Shown here: one piece after another, positions 59,738-64,000 of the stretch | How the letters are laid out: each line of letters opens with the position of its first letter | How positions within the stretch are numbered: the first letter of the stretch is position 1 | NCBI GenBank assembly: GCA_964613475.1 | Contig: CAZTGV010000002.1 | Span: 14,453-78,452, forward strand | Direction: 5' to 3' | Length of the DNA stretch: 64,000 nucleotides | Source: an uncultured Gemmatimonadota bacterium | GTDB taxonomy: Bacteria; Gemmatimonadota; Gemmatimonadetes; Palauibacterales; Palauibacteraceae | Notes under the pieces: model-generated | Told to the model about the DNA's origin: nothing | Database searches by the model: none | What the model saw: only the letters and a program-made list of their open reading frames with translations | Made by a program: the position numbers and the translations under genes

Positions 59738-61042
59738 TCACGCCACCTCGGCCTCCGCCCCGGGCGCCTCCGCGCGCAGGGCGCGGCGCCGCGCCTCCGC
59801 CGCCCGGCGCGCTTCCGGCCCGGCGCGGTAGGAGGCCCCGCGGATCACCGTGCCGCGATCGAGCACGAGGAAGAGCAGCGCGCCGAGCGCCAGGTTCAGC
59901 GCGAACAGGATCATCGCGTACCCCGGGCCCCACGGCACCCCGAGCGACTCGAGCACGAGGATCGCCGCCGCCACCACCACGATGTAGACCGTGACCGCTT
60001 CGATGAGGAACTTCCAGCCGAGGTCCATGAGCTGGTCGTAGCGGAAGCGCGGGAGCGTCCAGCGGATCCACATGAAGACCAGCACCACCGCCCCGGTCTT
60101 CAGCGTGAAGGCCAGGAAGGTGAGCAGGCTCTTCCACCAGGCCGGCTCGCCCACGATCGTGCCGTCCGGCGCCAGGTATACGTTGTCCCCGGCCCAGAAC
60201 GGGATGTCCCACCCCCCCAGGAAGAACACGGTCACCAGGGCGGCGGTGGTCAGCAGGTGCGCGTACTCGCCCAGGAAGAAGAGGCCGAACTTCATGGCCG
60301 AGTACTCCGTGTGGTAGCCGGCGATGAGCTCCGCCTCGGCCTCCGGCAGGTCGAAGGGGAGCCGGTTCGTCTCGGCCAGCCCCGAGAGGGTGAAGAAGAA
60401 GGCGCCCAGGGCGAGCGGGAGCACGAACCAGGTGGAGAAGCCGGCCGGCCCCTCCGGCCCGTGCGCCTGCTGCATGGCCACCAGCTCGGGGATGCGGACG
60501 TCCCCCGCCAGCAGGACGAGCGGCACGAGGCTCAGGGCCAGCCCGACCTCATAGCTCACCATCTGGGCGGAGCCACGCAGGCCGCCGAGGAGCGAGTACT
60601 TGCTGCCCGAGGACCACCCGGCGATCACGACCCCGTACACCCCGAGCGAGGCGACCGCCAGCACGTACAGGAACCCGACCGGCACGTCCGCCACGATCAG
60701 CCCGGTGATGCCCCACGGGGTCGGGAGGGGCGTCCCGAAGGGGATGACGGCGAACAGGATGGTGGCCGGGATCACCGCCAGGGCGGGCGCGAGCAGGAAG
60801 AAGCCGCGGCTCGCCTCTTCGGGGAAGGTCTCCTCCTTGAGCAGGAACTTCAGCCCATCCGCGATGCTCTGGAGCAGCCCCCAGGGCCCGACCCGGTTCG
60901 GCCCGCTCCGGTCCTGGATGAACGCGGCCACCTTCCGCTCCATCAGGACGAGAAAGGTCACGCTGAGCATGAGGAGCGTGAAGAAGACCACCGCCTTGGC
61001 GGCCGTGAGCAGGACGAAGGCGGTCCCGGTGGCCGGCGCCAT
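59738..61042 (-). CDS. nuoH: NADH-quinone oxidoreductase subunit H (with Arg/Ala-rich C-terminal tail)
   Basis: ND1 family core (GPNRVGPWGLLQSIADGLK...), 8 TM. Confidence 0.9.
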   Translation of the reverse strand: MAPATGTAFVLLTAAKAVVFFTLLMLSVTFLVLMERKVAAFIQDRSGPNRVGPWGLLQSIADGLKFLLKEETFPEEASRGFFLLAPALAVIPATILFAVIPFGTPLPTPWGITGLIVADVPVGFLYVLAVASLGVYGVVIAGWSSGSKYSLLGGLRGSAQMVSYEVGLALSLVPLVLLAGDVRIPELVAMQQAHGPEGPAGFSTWFVLPLALGAFFFTLSGLAETNRLPFDLPEAEAELIAGYHTEYSAMKFGLFFLGEYAHLLTTAALVTVFFLGGWDIPFWAGDNVYLAPDGTIVGEPAWWKSLLTFLAFTLKTGAVVLVFMWIRWTLPRFRYDQLMDLGWKFLIEAVTVYIVVVAAAILVLESLGVPWGPGYAMILFALNLALGALLFLVLDRGTVIRGASYRAGPEARRAAEARRRALRAEAPGAEAEVA

Positions 61043-62686
61043 CTAGCCGGCCGCCGGCCCGGAAGCCTCGGCGCCGCCCCCTGCCGCCTCCGACCCGGCG
61101 CCCGCCAGCGACGGCGCGTTCGACAGGGGCGCGCCCTTCCACCCCAGCGCCTCCCACTCCAGCTCGCCGAACTCGGCCACCCGCTCGGCGAGAGCGGCGA
61201 AGGCGGCTCCCGCCGTGCCGACCGGCTCCCCGTCGCCGAGCCGCGACAGCAATCGGCTGAGCACCATCCAGGCGGGCCGGGCGATGCCCGGCGGCTGCAG
61301 GGCCTGCCCCACCCGCTGCACGCGTCCCTCGAAGTTCGTGAACGTGCCCTCCGCCTCCGCGAAGCCGGTGACGGGTAGCACGAGGTCGGCGTTCCGGGCC
61401 GCGCCCGACAGCCGCTGTCCCAGGTAGAGGAACCAGGAGGCCTCGGCCCCCCAGTCCGCGTCGCGCCCGAGGAGCGGATCCTCGAGCACCAGGAGGGGCG
61501 CCCCCGCCGCCGGGCTCGGAAGCGCCTCCACGCGCCGGAAGCCGAGGGCTTCGGCGCCCGACGCGTTCGGCACCCGGTCGGCGCGCAGCTGCAGCTTCGG
61601 GAAGCCCGGCAGGGTCGCCGTCTCCCCGGTCTCCACCGTGAAGTCGCCCCCTTCGATGCCAAGCCGGTCCAGCAGGCCGCGGAAGAAGAAGAGGCTCTCG
61701 TTCGACGCGCCGGCCGAGACAACGGCGGTCCCCCGCTCCGCCGTCCCGAGCGCCTCGACGCGCTCGACCGCCAGCTCGAGCGCCCGCTTCCAGTCGATCG
61801 GCACCAGACGCCCGTCCTCGCGCGCCAGCGGCACCTCCGCGCGGATCCCGCGGTTCGACATCACCAGGTGCTTCCGGCCGTAATCGCACATCCAGTACGA
61901 GTTCACGTCCGCGTTGTAGCGCGGCTTCAGGCGGACGATCTGGTTCTCCTTCGTGTCCACCGTGACGTTGCAGCCCGTGGAGCAGCCCGGGCAGACGCCG
62001 GGCGACTTGTCCAGGTCCCACGCCCGGGCCTTGAACAGGAAGTCCTCGTGGACCAGCGCGCCCACCGGGCAGATGTCCACGATGTTGCCGCGGAACGGGT
62101 TGTCCAGGTCCTTGCCGGGGAAGGTGTCGATGTACGCCTTGTGGCCCCGCTGGGCGACGATCAGGGCGTCGTCCCGGGCCACCTCGCGCATGAAGCGAAC
62201 GCAGCGCGTGCAGATGATGCAGCGGTCGGCGAAGTAGAGGATGTCGTCGGCGATCCGGTCGCGACCCATCACCAGCTTCGCCTCGTTCAGGCGACTCTGG
62301 AGTTGCCCGGTCTCGAAGGCGTAGTCCTGGAGCATGCACTGCCCGGCCGCGTCGCAGATCGGGCAGTCCAGCGGATGGTTCACCAGCAGGAACTCGATGA
62401 CCGACTTGCGGGCCAGCTTCGCCCGGTCGCTGTCGGTCCGTATCACCATCCCGTCCTGGGCCGGCAGGATGCAGGAGGGCTGGAGCTTTTCCTGGCCCTC
62501 CACCTCCACCAGGCAGACGCGGCACTGTGCCGGTCGGGTCGGGATGCCCGGATGGTAGCAGTAGCGCGGCACCACCACGCCGACGCGCTCGGCCGCCTCG
62601 ATGACACGGCTGCCCGCCGGCACGGAGACGGGAGCCCCGTCCACCGTGAGCGCCACCCGCTCGGCCGCGTTTCCGTTCTCAGCCAT
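61043..62686 (-). CDS. nuoG: NADH-quinone oxidoreductase subunit G (short 547-aa form)
   Basis: N-terminal 2Fe-2S (CYHPGIPTRPAQCRVC), His-ligated 4Fe-4S (HPLDCPICDAAGQC), 4Fe-4S (CIICTRC...CPVGAL) and MopB-like domain. ATG at 62686 (aa 362 of ORF 61043..63769). Confidence 0.85.
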   Translation of the reverse strand: MAENGNAAERVALTVDGAPVSVPAGSRVIEAAERVGVVVPRYCYHPGIPTRPAQCRVCLVEVEGQEKLQPSCILPAQDGMVIRTDSDRAKLARKSVIEFLLVNHPLDCPICDAAGQCMLQDYAFETGQLQSRLNEAKLVMGRDRIADDILYFADRCIICTRCVRFMREVARDDALIVAQRGHKAYIDTFPGKDLDNPFRGNIVDICPVGALVHEDFLFKARAWDLDKSPGVCPGCSTGCNVTVDTKENQIVRLKPRYNADVNSYWMCDYGRKHLVMSNRGIRAEVPLAREDGRLVPIDWKRALELAVERVEALGTAERGTAVVSAGASNESLFFFRGLLDRLGIEGGDFTVETGETATLPGFPKLQLRADRVPNASGAEALGFRRVEALPSPAAGAPLLVLEDPLLGRDADWGAEASWFLYLGQRLSGAARNADLVLPVTGFAEAEGTFTNFEGRVQRVGQALQPPGIARPAWMVLSRLLSRLGDGEPVGTAGAAFAALAERVAEFGELEWEALGWKGAPLSNAPSLAGAGSEAAGGGAEASGPAAG

Positions 62687-62694
62687 CGCTTCCC

Positions 62695-63984
62695 CTACCG
62701 GGCCGTGCAGGCGTCGCGCCGGATGTGGGCCTCGTATTCGTCCCGGAACTTGTCCAGGGAGGATTTGAGCGGAAAGACGACGCTGTCGGCGAGCACGCAG
62801 ATCGTCTTGCCGGTGAGCTGCTCGCACAGGTCGTACAGCGTGTCGAGGTCCTCCATCCGCCCGTCGCCGGCCTCGATCCGCCGGAGGATGTTGGTCACCC
62901 AGGCCGTCCCCTCGCGGCACTGCACGCACTGGCCGCACGACTCGTGGGCGTAGAAGTGGGCGATCCGCCGCATGGCCGCGAGCAGGCAGGTCCCTTCGTG
63001 CATCACGATCGGCGAGGCGGTGCCCAGCGCGCTCCCCGCCTCCTTCAGCCCCTCGTACGTGGTGGGACAGTCCAACTCGTCCGCGGTGAGGAAGGCGGTC
63101 GAGGAGCCGCCGGGGATGACCGCTCGCACCGGGCGCCCGTCCGGCACCCCGCCGCACACGTCGTAGATGATGTCCTTCAGCGGCACGCCGAGGGGCAGCT
63201 CGTAGTTGCCCGGCCGGTTCAGGTGCCCGGAGCAGCACCAGAGCTTGGTGCCCGGGCTCTTCTCGGTCCCCCACTGGCGGTACCAGCCGGGCCCTTCGGT
63301 CACGATCATCGGGACGGCGGCCAGGGTCTCCACGTTGTTCACCGTGGTCGGCATGCCGAACACCCCGCGCTGGGCCGGGAACGGGGGCTTCACCCACGGC
63401 TCCGCCCGGCCTCCCTGGAGCGAGGCCATCAGCCCCGTCTCCTCGCCCGCGATGTAGGCGCCCGCCCCCACGTGCACGGTCAGCTCGCAGCCCCAGCCGC
63501 TGCCCAGGACGTCCTCGCCGATCAGCCCCGCTCCGTACGCCTCCTCGACCGCCTGGTTCAGCTCCCGGATCACCGGAAAGAACTCGCCCCGGACGTAGAC
63601 GTAGGCGTGCTCGGCCCGGATCGCCCGCGCCGCGATCAGGCACCCCTCGATCAGGAGGTGCGGCGTCCAGCGCAGGATCTCCCGGTCCTTGAAGGCGCCC
63701 GGCTCGCTCTCGTCGGCGTTGCAGCACAGGTAGTGGGGCTTGCCGTTCTTCTCCGGCATGAAGCTCCACTTGATCCCGGTCGGGAAGCCGGCGCCCCCGC
63801 GCCCGCGGAGGCCGGAGTCCTTGACGACCCCGACGATCTCCTCGGGCGTCATGCCGAGCGCGCGCCGCAGGCCCTCGTAGCCCCCGCGCGCGCGGAAGCC
63901 GTCCAGCGTCCGCGCCTCGGGATCGCCCATGTGGCGGGAGAGGCGCGTGGTGGCCTCGCGCTCGTGCCGGTGCGGCCAGGCCAC
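62695..63984 (-). CDS. nuoF: NADH-quinone oxidoreductase subunit F
   Basis: NADH/FMN-binding (GRGGAGFPTGIKW) and 4Fe-4S (ESCGQCVQCREG) motifs, 429 aa. Confidence 0.9.
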   Translation of the reverse strand: MAWPHRHEREATTRLSRHMGDPEARTLDGFRARGGYEGLRRALGMTPEEIVGVVKDSGLRGRGGAGFPTGIKWSFMPEKNGKPHYLCCNADESEPGAFKDREILRWTPHLLIEGCLIAARAIRAEHAYVYVRGEFFPVIRELNQAVEEAYGAGLIGEDVLGSGWGCELTVHVGAGAYIAGEETGLMASLQGGRAEPWVKPPFPAQRGVFGMPTTVNNVETLAAVPMIVTEGPGWYRQWGTEKSPGTKLWCCSGHLNRPGNYELPLGVPLKDIIYDVCGGVPDGRPVRAVIPGGSSTAFLTADELDCPTTYEGLKEAGSALGTASPIVMHEGTCLLAAMRRIAHFYAHESCGQCVQCREGTAWVTNILRRIEAGDGRMEDLDTLYDLCEQLTGKTICVLADSVVFPLKSSLDKFRDEYEAHIRRDACTAR

Positions 63985-63985
63985 T

Positions 63986-64000
63986 CAGCCGCCCTCCGGC
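63986..64000 (-). CDS. nuoE: Probable 3' end of nuoE (partial; only stop plus 4 codons in window)
   Basis: In-frame TGA (complement) at 63986-63988 immediately upstream of nuoF, in conserved nuoEFG order. No sequence evidence beyond synteny. Confidence 0.3.

Overview
This is a very GC-rich (~70%) bacterial chromosomal window made up almost entirely of core genes, with two strand-coherent blocks. In the first block, genes on the + strand run from position 1 to ~17.7 kb: murJ (5' partial), uvrC, gltX, thrC, larC, a TPR protein, a zinc-ribbon/DUF2007 protein, a DUF512 radical-SAM-like protein, der, plsY, gpsA, a MerR-like gene, surE, pcm, yqaA, apt and a YfgM-like gene. In the second block, an unbroken run of about 46 genes lies on the - strand from 64.0 kb down to 17.9 kb. 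It contains nuoE(partial)-F-G-H-I-J-K-L-M-N, pmm, arcC, sucCD, an EIIA-Ntr/CBS fusion, ndk, yceD-rpmF-plsX-fabD-fabG-acpP-fabF, purE, ispF, dedA, xerC/D, a nitroreductase, a bactofilin-like exported protein, kdsB-pyrG-kdsA-kdsC-kdsD-lptC-lptA-lptB-rpoN, and then a 7-gene polyprenyl-phosphate-sugar glycosylation cluster. The two blocks converge on a 250-bp gap that carries a 28-bp AT-rich element closely matching the XerCD dif consensus, so this is probably the replication terminus. The Kdo/Lpt genes indicate a diderm organism. The most unusual locus is rpoN translationally coupled (ATGA overlap) to an operon with two GT2 + GT-C pairs (ArnC/ArnT-like and Dpm1/YfhO-like), plus a GT4, a SAM methyltransferase and a UPF0104 flippase-like protein. 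That position normally holds the hpf/ptsN module. I found no rRNA, tRNA, CRISPR, IS or prophage signals. Many long alternate-frame ORFs are high-GC shadow ORFs and are not called. Start codons were chosen from ORF-track arithmetic, and several 4-nt ATGA/GTGA overlaps support the chosen internal starts. Coordinates of small motifs, read by eye from the printed rows, may be off by 1-2 nt.
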